Shown here in pieces: positions 47,909-57,454 of a stretch of DNA of 64,000 bases. The position numbers and the translations under genes are program-made. Origin of the DNA: an uncultured Rhizobium sp. (GTDB lineage Bacteria; Pseudomonadota; Alphaproteobacteria; Rhizobiales; Rhizobiaceae). The stretch covers positions 74,041-138,040 of the forward strand of contig CAMFHE010000001.1 in the NCBI GenBank assembly GCA_945952045.1, read 5' to 3'. A model generated the notes under the pieces. That model was given only the letters and a program-made list of their open reading frames with translations, made no database searches and was not told the DNA's origin. Within the stretch, counting starts at the first letter, position 1; the number at the start of each line of letters is the position of its first letter.

Positions 47909-49885
47909 ATGAAACTGACAAGACATCTCGCCGCCACGGCGCTTGCCCTCGGTTTGGCCGGTGGTGCCGCCGCCGCCCATCCGCTCGACGGGCTGACGGC
48001 CGAGGAATACCAGAAGATCAATCAGATCCTGCGCGCCCAGAAGGTCGCCGACGACAAGACGCTCTATCCGCTGATCGAGTTGAAGGAGCCGCCGAAAGCC
48101 GAGGTTCTCGCCTGGAAGAAGGGCAACGATCCCGACCGCAAAGCGACCGTTTATCTGACCAGCAAGGACGGTTTCAGCGAAGCCGTGGTCAACATCACCA
48201 AGGGCACCGTCGAAAGCAATGAGAAGACCAAGGGACAGCCGATGGTGCTGTTCACCGAGTTCATGAACGCGCTGGAAGGCGTGCTTGGCGATCCCGCCAT
48301 GGTGGCGGGGCTGGCCAAGCGCGGGCTGAAGCCGGAACAGGCCTTCTGCCTGCCGCTGACCGCCGGCAATTTCTTCACCGACGAATATACCAATTCCCGC
48401 CTGATGAAGGTGCCGTGCTACAAGGTGCCGGACGGCTCCAACTTCTATGCCAAGCCGATCGAAGGCCTCTTCGCCCTTTACGATATCGGCAAGAAGCAGG
48501 TGCTGCGGGTTGTCGATACCGGCGCCGTCGAGGTTCCCAAGGATAGCTGGGGTTATACCGAGGAAGAGGTTGCCAAGCGCACGCCGCTGCGGCCGGAAAC
48601 GCATCCCGTCAAGCTGGTGCAGGATGGCGGCCCGAACTACAAGATCGACGGCAGCCATCTGGAATGGGATATCTGGCGTTTCAATTTCCGCGTCGACAAG
48701 CGGCCGGGCATGGTGCTTTCCAATCTCGACGTCAACGATGACGGCACCTGGCGGTCGATCATCTATCAGGCGCATCTCTCTGAAGTCTTCGTGCCCTATA
48801 TGGATCCGTCCGAGGGATGGTACTGGCGCACCTATATGGATAGCGGGGAATACGGTTTCGGCCTGTTCCTGACGCCGCTGCGCGCCGGCATCGATTGCCC
48901 GGCGCACGCCACCTTCCTGCCGGCGACGATTGCCGACGACAAGGGCCAGCCGCTGGTGATCCCGGATGCGATCTGCGTTTTCGAGCGCAGCATCGGCGAT
49001 CCGGCCTGGCGCCACTTCGAGGTCTTTGCCCAGACGCCCGAAAAGCCGCTGCCGGCCGAGGGACGCCCGGCGACGGAACTGGTGGTGCGCACGGCGTCGG
49101 AAGTCGGCAATTACGACTATCTCATCGACTATCGCCTGCAGCAGAACGGCCAGGTCAACATATATGTCGGCGCGACCGGCCTCGATGCGGTCAAGGGCGT
49201 CGCCTCGACCTCGATGAAGGACAAGACCGCCAAGGCGGATACCGAGCACGGCACGCTGATCGCGCCGAACCTCGTTGCCGCCAATCACGACCACTATTTC
49301 AACTTCCGCATCGATTTCGACATCGACCAGCCGATCAACCACTTCTCGACCATGGACATCGTTCCGGCCAAGCTCGACCCGTCGAGCCCGCGCAAGTCGA
49401 TGTGGACGGTCGAGCACAAGATGCCGATGACCGAAATGGAGGCACGCTACAAGCTCTCGGCCATGCAGCCGCGCTACTTCCACATTTCGGACCCCTCGCG
49501 CGAGGGCTATCTCGGCCATGAGCCGGGCTACATGATCCACCATGGCGACGTGTCCTACGGCCCGTTCGATTTCGTCAACGACCCGCCGATGAAGCGCAAC
49601 GCCTATATCGAATATTCGGTCTGGAACACGGTCTACGACCCGGAACAGCGTTATGCCGGCGGCAAGTTCGCCATGCAGAGCGACGGCTCGGATACGCTCG
49701 CCGAATGGGTCAAGAAGGACCAGAGCCTGATGGGCAAGGACATCGTCACCTGGTTCTCCGCCGGCTTCCACCATATTCCGCGCATGGAGGACTGGCCGGT
49801 CATGTCGACGGAATGGAAGACCATACACATCATGCCGCACAACTTCTTCGCCCATAACCCGGCGCTGACGATCAGGAAGCAGTAA
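47909..49885 (+). CDS. tynA: Periplasmic copper/TPQ primary amine oxidase
   Basis: Sec signal then HPLD; active-site YMDSGEYG; GNYDY TPQ motif; HDH and FHHIPRMEDWPVM copper ligands. Confidence 0.93.
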   Translation: MKLTRHLAATALALGLAGGAAAAHPLDGLTAEEYQKINQILRAQKVADDKTLYPLIELKEPPKAEVLAWKKGNDPDRKATVYLTSKDGFSEAVVNITKGTVESNEKTKGQPMVLFTEFMNALEGVLGDPAMVAGLAKRGLKPEQAFCLPLTAGNFFTDEYTNSRLMKVPCYKVPDGSNFYAKPIEGLFALYDIGKKQVLRVVDTGAVEVPKDSWGYTEEEVAKRTPLRPETHPVKLVQDGGPNYKIDGSHLEWDIWRFNFRVDKRPGMVLSNLDVNDDGTWRSIIYQAHLSEVFVPYMDPSEGWYWRTYMDSGEYGFGLFLTPLRAGIDCPAHATFLPATIADDKGQPLVIPDAICVFERSIGDPAWRHFEVFAQTPEKPLPAEGRPATELVVRTASEVGNYDYLIDYRLQQNGQVNIYVGATGLDAVKGVASTSMKDKTAKADTEHGTLIAPNLVAANHDHYFNFRIDFDIDQPINHFSTMDIVPAKLDPSSPRKSMWTVEHKMPMTEMEARYKLSAMQPRYFHISDPSREGYLGHEPGYMIHHGDVSYGPFDFVNDPPMKRNAYIEYSVWNTVYDPEQRYAGGKFAMQSDGSDTLAEWVKKDQSLMGKDIVTWFSAGFHHIPRMEDWPVMSTEWKTIHIMPHNFFAHNPALTIRKQ

Positions 49886-49909
49886 GCATCTGTCGTGGCG
49901 AACATCACG

Positions 49910-49932
49910 AGGCCCGGGTCGTTCCCGGGCCT
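49910..49932. terminator. Hairpin between convergent tynA and the EPS operon
   Basis: AGGCCCGGG-tcgtt-CCCGGGCCT followed by TATT. Confidence 0.6.
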
Positions 49933-49943
49933 TATTCACGACA

Positions 49944-51263
49944 TCATTGTCCCTTGGCGATCGCCATGATCTGGTCTGGCCGGATGGAGACGTCGAGCAC
50001 GTCGTCGGGCAGGATTTCCGTGTCTTCGCGCGCCGTCAGATCGACGGTGAGGCCGTCGACCTTTCGATGGATGATCAGTTCCGGGCCGCCGCCGCTGCCG
50101 CGCAGTTGCGCCTTGACCGCGCCGGTATAGAGCAGTTTCTCGCTTGAAGCCTGAATGCGGGCCGCGAGCTTTTCCAGTTCGATGGTCGCCTCGCGCAGGC
50201 TGTTGTTCAGTTGGGTCCGGCGCTGCTCGTCCTGCTGCTCGATAGTACGCGACACTTCCTCTTTCTGCCGACGAGCCTGATCGACCCGCGATTCCGTATC
50301 GGTGGAGCGGCTGCGCAGTTCAGAAAGCGAGCGGCGCTCGTCATCGACGCGTGTGGTGGCGACCAGGCCTTTGGAGGCCGATTTCAACGCGCGGTCCAGG
50401 GCATCCTGTTGCAGGCGCAAGCTTTCCGCATTGCTCGTCTGGATGGTTTGGAGCGCGGCAAGCGTCTGCTCGGCATCCTGCAGCATCGTTTGCAGATGGG
50501 TGCGCTGCTTGCCGTAATTTTCCAGGCGCATCTTGAGATCGTTGCGCTCGAAATCGGCGATCTCGTCGAGCGTCTTGCGTTCCAGCGGCGCGGAATAGAT
50601 CGGCATCAGGTCGATTTCGGCGGTTCCAGATATCTCGCCCTTGAGGCTGGCGACCAGCGCCTGCTGGCGGGCGAAATCGATCCAAAGCCCCTGGTTTTCG
50701 CTTTGGAGGTCGGGCGCGGTCATCAGCGGGTTTTCGGTGCGGAAACGCAGCGCATCGTATCCGCCGGCAAGAGCAATGGCATGGCGCACGGTTACGCCCG
50801 GGCGATAGGGAATCGCGCCCGGCCGCGAGACATCGCCTGTGATATAAAAAGGCCGATGCTCGACCATTTCGACGGTGACATCCGCGGACTGGATGCGGCC
50901 GTCCTTGGTCAGGGCCTCGGAAAGAGCAATGCGCAAATCGTGGATCGTCAGGCCTTCCGCCCGGACTTCGCCAAGAAACGGCACCGAAATATCGCCATCG
51001 ACATTGACCGTGACGCGCCGTGCGAAATCGGCGACGCCGAAGACGCCGAGCTGCAGAATGTCTCCCGGCGCAAGACGATAGCGTTGCCGCTCCTGTGCGG
51101 TTGCGAATTGCGGCAGCATGGCGAATGCCAGAAACAGGCTGAGGGCAATGCTGGCGACAGCGCGAAACGTCCAGCCATTCGACATGGGTTTCGGGAAGGA
51201 AAGGGTTTTGGGGCGGGGGATAAGGCGGAGATTTCCTGACGCAGCAAGTCCGGTCGTCTTCAT
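49944..51263 (-). CDS. Polysaccharide export protein (OPX, ExoF-like, coiled-coil type)
   Basis: YRLAPGDIL, DGDISVPFLG, FYITGDVSRPG, TVRHAIALAGG, long coiled coil, ILPDDVL. Confidence 0.9.
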   Translation of the reverse strand: MKTTGLAASGNLRLIPRPKTLSFPKPMSNGWTFRAVASIALSLFLAFAMLPQFATAQERQRYRLAPGDILQLGVFGVADFARRVTVNVDGDISVPFLGEVRAEGLTIHDLRIALSEALTKDGRIQSADVTVEMVEHRPFYITGDVSRPGAIPYRPGVTVRHAIALAGGYDALRFRTENPLMTAPDLQSENQGLWIDFARQQALVASLKGEISGTAEIDLMPIYSAPLERKTLDEIADFERNDLKMRLENYGKQRTHLQTMLQDAEQTLAALQTIQTSNAESLRLQQDALDRALKSASKGLVATTRVDDERRSLSELRSRSTDTESRVDQARRQKEEVSRTIEQQDEQRRTQLNNSLREATIELEKLAARIQASSEKLLYTGAVKAQLRGSGGGPELIIHRKVDGLTVDLTAREDTEILPDDVLDVSIRPDQIMAIAKGQ

Positions 51264-53473
51264 TGAATTGCCTCTTTCGATACGCGGCTACTGTCACCCG
51301 CGGGTTGGCGCACGCGGATCCAATCGATGAGGAAGGTGGCGGGAAATCTGGTTTCGGCATCGGGCGCGCCCGGCCAGTCGCCGCCGACGGCGAGGTTGAC
51401 GACGAGGAACATCGGCTTGTTGAGATCGGCGGGCGTCGCGGCCTCGAAAACGACGCGTCCGTCGAGAGACCAGACGAGCTTTTCCTTCGTCCAGGTCAGC
51501 CCATAGGTATGAAAATCTTCAGAAAGGTCTTCGGTCTGAATGTGCTTTCCGGTCTGCACCGACTTTTTGCCCGGCGGAAGGTCGATGCCGCTATGGGCGG
51601 TGACATGCAGAGTGCTTGTGTCGTCGCCGAGGACTTCGAGAACATCGAGTTCCGGCGGCCAGGTCCGGTCTTCCGGCAACAGCCAGAAGGCCGGCCAAAG
51701 CCCGCGCCCCTTCGGCACCTTGGCGCGGATCTGCACCGAGCCGTAGAGGAAATGGACGCGGCCGGCGCTGTTGAGCAGGCCCGACGCATACTCATATCCG
51801 CCGCTGCGCCCGCGCAGGCCCTCCGGTATTTTACTGGCGCGGATCGCCAGCGTGCCATCCTGAATGTGATAGGGTTGAAGCGCTTGAATGCCCGGCGCAT
51901 CGCCTCCCTGCCGGGGATCGACATAGTATTGCAGTTCATTGTTGCCGACATTGCTGCGCCCGCCCCAGGGATAGAAGGGTTGCCAGACGCCGCCGGAGGC
52001 TGCTTGCAGGTTCAGTCTCGAAAAGTCGTCCTCGAATGTCGTTTTCCAATTCGGCGGATCGATCAGATCCTGTGTGGAGGTGGTTTCGGCGCGGGCGGCG
52101 TGACTGAAGGCAAGCACCGCGGTGAGGGTTATGGCGAAGGCCTGAAAGCCGACGATCCGGATCCAGCCGCGCGATGTCGTCATGCCGAGGCTATGCATGA
52201 GCTTGGCCATGGCGGCGAACATCACGAGAGCGGCGATCGCGTTGCCCCAGGCCTGTCCTGAAATGCCCGCCAGCGCGTTGCCGCAGGTCATCGCAGCGGC
52301 CAGGGCCAGAAGCCCGGCAATGGTGAGCAGAAGCGCATCCGCAACGGGACGGACCGAGCGGATGATCAGCATCGGTGTCACCCAGGTCATGGCGCCAAGC
52401 GGAATGCATGCGGCCGCCAGCGCTATCGTCGGAACCCTGGAGTCTTCGTAGCCGGGAAAGACGATGGCGGTGACCGGTCCTGCGGCGTAGACGGCGGCGA
52501 CCGCGACGATTGCCAGAAAGCCGGTGACCGCCAGAAGCTCCCGCTCGATATCGGCCGACAGGGAGCCGGCGCCCGTTTCGATGCGGGCGAGAAAGCGGGG
52601 ATACCGCGTCTGCGCCACTGTCGATATCAGGCCGAGGCCGATCATCGCCAGGCTTGCCGAGAGTGAAAACAGGCCGAGGTCGTGGGGCGAGGAGAGGGTT
52701 GCCGATACCCAGCGATTGGCCCCGAGATAGAGGATCCACGAGAGATTGAAAGCAAAAAGCGGCAGCGCGATGCGCGCCATGCCGAGCAGGGGCATGGGCC
52801 GGCGCACCCGGATCGGCGAAGGGCGGGCAAACAGGAAGGCGCAGAGCGCATAATAGACGGCAAGGGCGGCGAATGAGCCGGTAATGCCGCCGGCCAGCAG
52901 GCCGACCAGCCGGGGAACGGTCATGCCGAGTTGCAAGATCAGCGCGACGACGGTGAATTCCCAGATGCGCGACGAGGCGCGAAACAGCGTGACGGGGCCG
53001 TTGGCGATCATCGCCATGATGCCGCCGGCGATTGCCAGCGTCGTGTCGAATTTCGGCAGGACGTTTTCGCCGAAGAGGGCGACGAGCGGCAGGATCATGG
53101 CCAGAAGGCAGAAACCCACAAGCCAGAGGGCGTTGAGGATATCGAGGCCGGCCTTCAGCGCCTCTCCGTTGGCGCGGCCGGGAATTTGCTTGTCGGCCAA
53201 TTGCGACAAACCGAAATCCGCACGCCCGGCATAGGTGAAAAGGCTCGTCAGCAGCGCGAAGGTTCCAAACGCCGCCGGCTCCAGCAGGCGTGGCGCCAGC
53301 AAGGTCGCGCCGCTGCCGAGTATCGTCAGCACGAGCGCGCCGAGCGCATAGGCCATCGGTCGGCCAAGCCATTGCAGGCCTGGCGCATGCCGCATCCGGT
53401 CGAATGTCTTCGGCAGGCGATTGGCCGTGATCGGGCGGATGGCGAGCGTTTCCGCACCTGTGGCGATGCTCAT
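51260..53473 (-). CDS. Wzx-type flippase fused to a GH16 endo-beta-glycanase (ExsH/EglC-like)
   Basis: N-terminal ~460 aa multi-TM (LLEPAAFGTF, DFGL, DLGLFSL); C-terminal NNELQYY, GLWPAFWLL, WPPELDVLE (ExDxxE), PMFLVVNLAVGG; single uninterrupted ORF. Confidence 0.85.
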   Translation of the reverse strand: MSIATGAETLAIRPITANRLPKTFDRMRHAPGLQWLGRPMAYALGALVLTILGSGATLLAPRLLEPAAFGTFALLTSLFTYAGRADFGLSQLADKQIPGRANGEALKAGLDILNALWLVGFCLLAMILPLVALFGENVLPKFDTTLAIAGGIMAMIANGPVTLFRASSRIWEFTVVALILQLGMTVPRLVGLLAGGITGSFAALAVYYALCAFLFARPSPIRVRRPMPLLGMARIALPLFAFNLSWILYLGANRWVSATLSSPHDLGLFSLSASLAMIGLGLISTVAQTRYPRFLARIETGAGSLSADIERELLAVTGFLAIVAVAAVYAAGPVTAIVFPGYEDSRVPTIALAAACIPLGAMTWVTPMLIIRSVRPVADALLLTIAGLLALAAAMTCGNALAGISGQAWGNAIAALVMFAAMAKLMHSLGMTTSRGWIRIVGFQAFAITLTAVLAFSHAARAETTSTQDLIDPPNWKTTFEDDFSRLNLQAASGGVWQPFYPWGGRSNVGNNELQYYVDPRQGGDAPGIQALQPYHIQDGTLAIRASKIPEGLRGRSGGYEYASGLLNSAGRVHFLYGSVQIRAKVPKGRGLWPAFWLLPEDRTWPPELDVLEVLGDDTSTLHVTAHSGIDLPPGKKSVQTGKHIQTEDLSEDFHTYGLTWTKEKLVWSLDGRVVFEAATPADLNKPMFLVVNLAVGGDWPGAPDAETRFPATFLIDWIRVRQPAGDSSRVSKEAIQ

Positions 53474-54561
53474 GAGGCCACCGCCCTTTCCGGAACGGGA
53501 TCGGCCTGGATGGTTTCGGCCAAAGCATCGAAAGCGGTCGAGGACCGGATGATGCCATGGGTCTTCAGGTCGGCGCTCGATCGATAGCGGGCGCTGTTTT
53601 CATACATGAAACCCGCGCCGGGATGCTTTTTGGCATGGGCGACATAGCGCCGATATTCGACGCCGGCATCCCAGTGTTCGCCACGGTTGACCTCGCTATG
53701 GGCGCGCTGGTCGAAATTGGCGAAGAGTTTGAAATGCAAAAGCGCCGCCGTCACCTCGGCGACCGGCAGAGGAACGGTGCGATGGTTGGTGGCCCATCTT
53801 TGGCCGTCGCGGCAATGCATCAGCGGCACTTTGGTGATGTCAGGCGGCAATGAGCCGATATCGGTCTTCTGCAGACCGATCACCTTGCCGAGCGAATGGT
53901 GGCGCAGATTGCGGGCGGCGCGCGCGACCGCCATCGGCCATATGCCGAGATTGCGATAATGCGGATAGAACACCCGAAGGCGAGGCCCGCCAACGGCCTC
54001 GACGTCGAGAAAATTCCTCGAGAACGGCAGGGCCGCCTTGGCGCGCACCTTGTAGTCCGTGTCGAAGAAGGGGCAGGTGTCGATGAACGAGGTGCCCCTG
54101 ACATAGATGGCATCGGAGACCGGGCCGGCGGCATACATATCGACCATGATGGCGAAGACGGCCTCGTGCCCTGACGCTTCGAGGAAGCGGCAAAAGGCCC
54201 GCAGGCCAATCTTTTCGCAATGGGGATAGACGAACAATTCGTCGGCATCGATGAACAGGCACCAGTTGCCCGCGCCATGCCGCGCGACCATGGCATTGAT
54301 CCAGTTCATGCCGCAACCGGCTTCACCGAAGGAATCGGCGGTGTGGTAGACGGCGCAATCGCTCTGCGACAGCAGAAATTCTGTCGAACCGTCGCGGGAA
54401 TCATTGTCGCAGACGAAGAAGCGGTTCACGCCCAGACGGCGATGATGCTCCAGCAGGAAGGGCAGCCGGTCGGCTTCGTTACGGATGACCATATAGGCGT
54501 CGATGCTGCCTTTCCCGCTGCCGAGGGAATGATGGTCTATACGGTTGAGCGCGGCGTTCAT
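53470..54561 (-). CDS. Glycosyltransferase, GT-A fold (GT2-like)
   Basis: RNEA, HHRRLGV, DNDSRDGS, FIDADE, LLHFK. Confidence 0.85.
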   Translation of the reverse strand: MNAALNRIDHHSLGSGKGSIDAYMVIRNEADRLPFLLEHHRRLGVNRFFVCDNDSRDGSTEFLLSQSDCAVYHTADSFGEAGCGMNWINAMVARHGAGNWCLFIDADELFVYPHCEKIGLRAFCRFLEASGHEAVFAIMVDMYAAGPVSDAIYVRGTSFIDTCPFFDTDYKVRAKAALPFSRNFLDVEAVGGPRLRVFYPHYRNLGIWPMAVARAARNLRHHSLGKVIGLQKTDIGSLPPDITKVPLMHCRDGQRWATNHRTVPLPVAEVTAALLHFKLFANFDQRAHSEVNRGEHWDAGVEYRRYVAHAKKHPGAGFMYENSARYRSSADLKTHGIIRSSTAFDALAETIQADPVPERAVAS

Positions 54562-55982
54562 GATGTTCCGGCCTCCACGATATGCAAGCGGCGGTCTGCT
54601 GCGGAAATCCGATCGGCGGCGTCGGTTGCCACGGCCAGAAAGAAAGCCAGCGTCAGGAGAACCGGGGTGGCGAAGATGCTGACCTCGGCAAAACCGGTAA
54701 TCATCGCCAGCAGAACGATCTGGTCGCGCATGGCGTCGGGGCGGGTGAACATGCGGGTTACGAGCAAGCCGAGCAGCGCAAAGCCCGGTAGCGAGCCGAT
54801 GAAGCCGAGGCAGAGAATGGACTGAATATACATGTTGTGGGTGTTGACCGGGTCGCCTTCGAAGGCGCGTCCGACGCTGCCCACCATCAGCGCTTCCGTG
54901 CCGTTGAACCCCCAGCCGAAAAGCGGCTTTTGTGCGATCAGATCGGCGGCCACGGCCCAGAGATCGGTCCGGCCCGTCAACGTCATGATTTCACTGGACG
55001 AACCCGTGCGCGACAGCGGCCCCAGCAAGGGCTCGATATTCGGAAACCAGCCGAATGCGACGACCACAATTCCTACAAGTGCAGTCGCAAAGGTAAACCC
55101 GATGGCCGGCAGCAGAAGCCCGCGCCCGCGCAATGCCACGACAAGCCACGCAACCACGGTAGCCGCCATCATCGTGCGGCTGCCCGATGCCGCCAGTGTC
55201 GCAATGCCCAAAAGAAGAGACAGCGCCAAAACGGGCGTTCCCGAAACGCCACGGCGATGGGCGATCGCCGCAAACGTCATCAGCAGCGCCGCCTGCTCGC
55301 CGAGCACGTTGGGATGTCCGGAAAGGCCGCGCAGGCGATAGGAGGTTTCGGTGACGGAAGGCGGTAGCCAAGCCATGTCGGGCAGCAGAACGCCGGCAAT
55401 CAGGGCCAATGCGATATAGACCAGCAACGTATCGGTCACGAGCTTGAGCGTCGCATCGACGCCCAGCGATGACACCGTCATGCAGGCCAGAGCCAGATAG
55501 GCGATCATGCCGATCGCATTTGCCGCCGTATAGGCCGGTGTCAGCGACCAGGCCGACGACAGCACAGCCATAATTCCGAACGCGGCGGCAAGCGCGATCG
55601 TCGTCTGGCGAAAATACGCAGCCAGCCGCCCGGCATGCAGAACGGCGAGTCCCACGATGAACGCCCAGGCAGCAAGCTTCATGCCGTTCTGCCAGTCCAG
55701 GCCGGTCTCGCCATACGCGCGCGTCCGCAGGCTGAGGCTGAGCCCGAAGATGACGAAGACGAAAATCGCAGCGACGGCCCATCGTTTTCCCAACGCCGCC
55801 GCGCACAAGGTGACGATACAGAAAAGCGCCAGCGCCAAGCCGAAGGGCAATGTCGCGGCCAGCGAGGGCCGCGCCTGCATTGTCGTCAGGATGAACCAGA
55901 AATAGAGAGCGGACAGCGGAAACACGAAGACCGAAGCGACGATCGTGCCGGAAAACAGGTTTCCTGTCCGCACCGCGTTCAT
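54558..55982 (-). CDS. Wzy polymerase / O-antigen ligase family (ExoQ-like)
   Basis: RLRGLSGHPNVLG, SGSRT, LTGRTDLW, PLFGWG, HNMY; multi-TM. Confidence 0.88.
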   Translation of the reverse strand: MNAVRTGNLFSGTIVASVFVFPLSALYFWFILTTMQARPSLAATLPFGLALALFCIVTLCAAALGKRWAVAAIFVFVIFGLSLSLRTRAYGETGLDWQNGMKLAAWAFIVGLAVLHAGRLAAYFRQTTIALAAAFGIMAVLSSAWSLTPAYTAANAIGMIAYLALACMTVSSLGVDATLKLVTDTLLVYIALALIAGVLLPDMAWLPPSVTETSYRLRGLSGHPNVLGEQAALLMTFAAIAHRRGVSGTPVLALSLLLGIATLAASGSRTMMAATVVAWLVVALRGRGLLLPAIGFTFATALVGIVVVAFGWFPNIEPLLGPLSRTGSSSEIMTLTGRTDLWAVAADLIAQKPLFGWGFNGTEALMVGSVGRAFEGDPVNTHNMYIQSILCLGFIGSLPGFALLGLLVTRMFTRPDAMRDQIVLLAMITGFAEVSIFATPVLLTLAFFLAVATDAADRISAADRRLHIVEAGTS

Positions 55983-57439
55983 GACTTCATGAGCCTCGTA
56001 ACGTCACGCCGGATTGCAGACGCATTCATCGCGGCACCCACCAGCAGCGCCGCCCCGAAAGCGCCGGCGAGATAGAGCGGCAGGATCGGGAAAACCGGCT
56101 TGTCGGGCACGGTCGCCTGAGACAGAACCTCGGCATCCGGCTTCAAGGCCTCCGTGGACGGGCCGCGGGTCTTCATCCGCGTCAATGCATCGGCCAGCAC
56201 CTGGGTGTCGTTGTCGGCCCTCAGGCGCAACTCGTCGAGGCGCAGGCCGGCCTTGCGGCGTTCCACCATCGTTTGCCGGATTTTCTGGATTTCGTCGGTC
56301 AGGCGCTGTTCGCGCTCAGCCCAATTGTTGGCTTCGACGCTGACGCTGGTGACGATGCGGTCGCGCTCAATGTCGGCCTGCTTGGAGATGCTGCGGGCCT
56401 CCGTCGGCATCACGGCGAGCCGGGACATGCTTTCCGTCAGGCTCTGGTTCAATTGGCGTATGGTCGGCGAGGCTATGACCTCGGGCGCGCTGTCCAGCGT
56501 GCCGGCGGCTTTCATCGCTGCAAGCGTATCGGCGCGAGTGCGGAAATCGATGAGTTGGGCCCGCGCATTGGCCAGCTCGTTGCTGAGCGTCGACAGCTGG
56601 GCTTCGAGCGATATCTGGACACCCTGGTCGATCAGGCCGGATGTGTTGAGAAAATCTTCCATTTCGCCGCGCGAGGCCTCGGCGCGCCGCCGTGCTTCGT
56701 CGACGCGCTCGGAGAGCAGCTTGTTCATCGCGTCGGCATCGTCGACCTTGCGCAATACCTGGGCCTTCAGATAGGCGCCGACCAGCGTCTTGGTCATTTC
56801 GGTCGCCTTTTCCGGGTCGTTCGAGCGGAAGCCGACCCTGACGGTGTAGGATTGCCGGTCACGGTCGATCACCATGCGCCGCCACAGGTTTTCGCGCAGC
56901 TGCGTTTCGTCGCGCGATGCGATGTTGGCAAGTGTGTTGTCATCCGAGGTCTCGTCGGTTGATTGCGAGGTCAGGCCGTGGGCAGAGCTTTTCTCCAGCA
57001 CCGCGTCGACCAGGCTCATGACGAAGGCCTGCGCCTTTTCCGGCGTGCCGGGCTTTGCCCGGAATTCATCGTCCTGCGCAAGGTGATGAACGCCGATGAC
57101 TTCGTCGGCCAGCGCGACGGAGCGCAGCCGGTCGAGGTCCGACAGGATGAAGCTCTCGTCCAGCGGCTGGCGCGCCGCTTCGGAGACATCGTTCTGCCCT
57201 TCCATGTTGGTGGGCCTGAGAACGAGCGTCGCGGTCGATTCATAAAGGCGGGGGATCGATGGCCAGGCGATTGCCGCCGCCGCCATCACCGTCATCCCGC
57301 CCACGACGAACCGTCGAACCGAATAGGCCGGTTGCGGCTTTTGCGGCGGCTCTCCCACCGGCGGCAAAACGATCGCTTCTTCTTCCGTCGCCGCGTGCAG
57401 CGGGATCGGCTTCGGGTGGTACGTCTTCACCATATCCAT
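55979..57439 (-). CDS. Polysaccharide co-polymerase (Wzz/GumC/ExoP N-terminal type), no kinase domain
   Basis: TM1 then YESTATL, periplasmic coiled coil, ATVPDKPVFP then TM2; protein ends shortly after TM2. Confidence 0.82.
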   Translation of the reverse strand: MDMVKTYHPKPIPLHAATEEEAIVLPPVGEPPQKPQPAYSVRRFVVGGMTVMAAAAIAWPSIPRLYESTATLVLRPTNMEGQNDVSEAARQPLDESFILSDLDRLRSVALADEVIGVHHLAQDDEFRAKPGTPEKAQAFVMSLVDAVLEKSSAHGLTSQSTDETSDDNTLANIASRDETQLRENLWRRMVIDRDRQSYTVRVGFRSNDPEKATEMTKTLVGAYLKAQVLRKVDDADAMNKLLSERVDEARRRAEASRGEMEDFLNTSGLIDQGVQISLEAQLSTLSNELANARAQLIDFRTRADTLAAMKAAGTLDSAPEVIASPTIRQLNQSLTESMSRLAVMPTEARSISKQADIERDRIVTSVSVEANNWAEREQRLTDEIQKIRQTMVERRKAGLRLDELRLRADNDTQVLADALTRMKTRGPSTEALKPDAEVLSQATVPDKPVFPILPLYLAGAFGAALLVGAAMNASAIRRDVTRLMKS

Positions 57440-57454
57440 TGTCTCCCTTGCGCC

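Noticed and set aside
47909-49885. Amine oxidase as the sink for methylamine released from trigonelline
   Set aside because: It is periplasmic and linked to FeaR-like/paa genes; an arylalkylamine role is simpler.
1585-49939. Many long antisense or alternate-frame ORFs (e.g. 1585-3381, 23630-25255, 31790-34009, 37629-39461, 47633-49939)
   Set aside because: They shadow well-supported genes, have no recognisable motifs and are expected in high-GC DNA.
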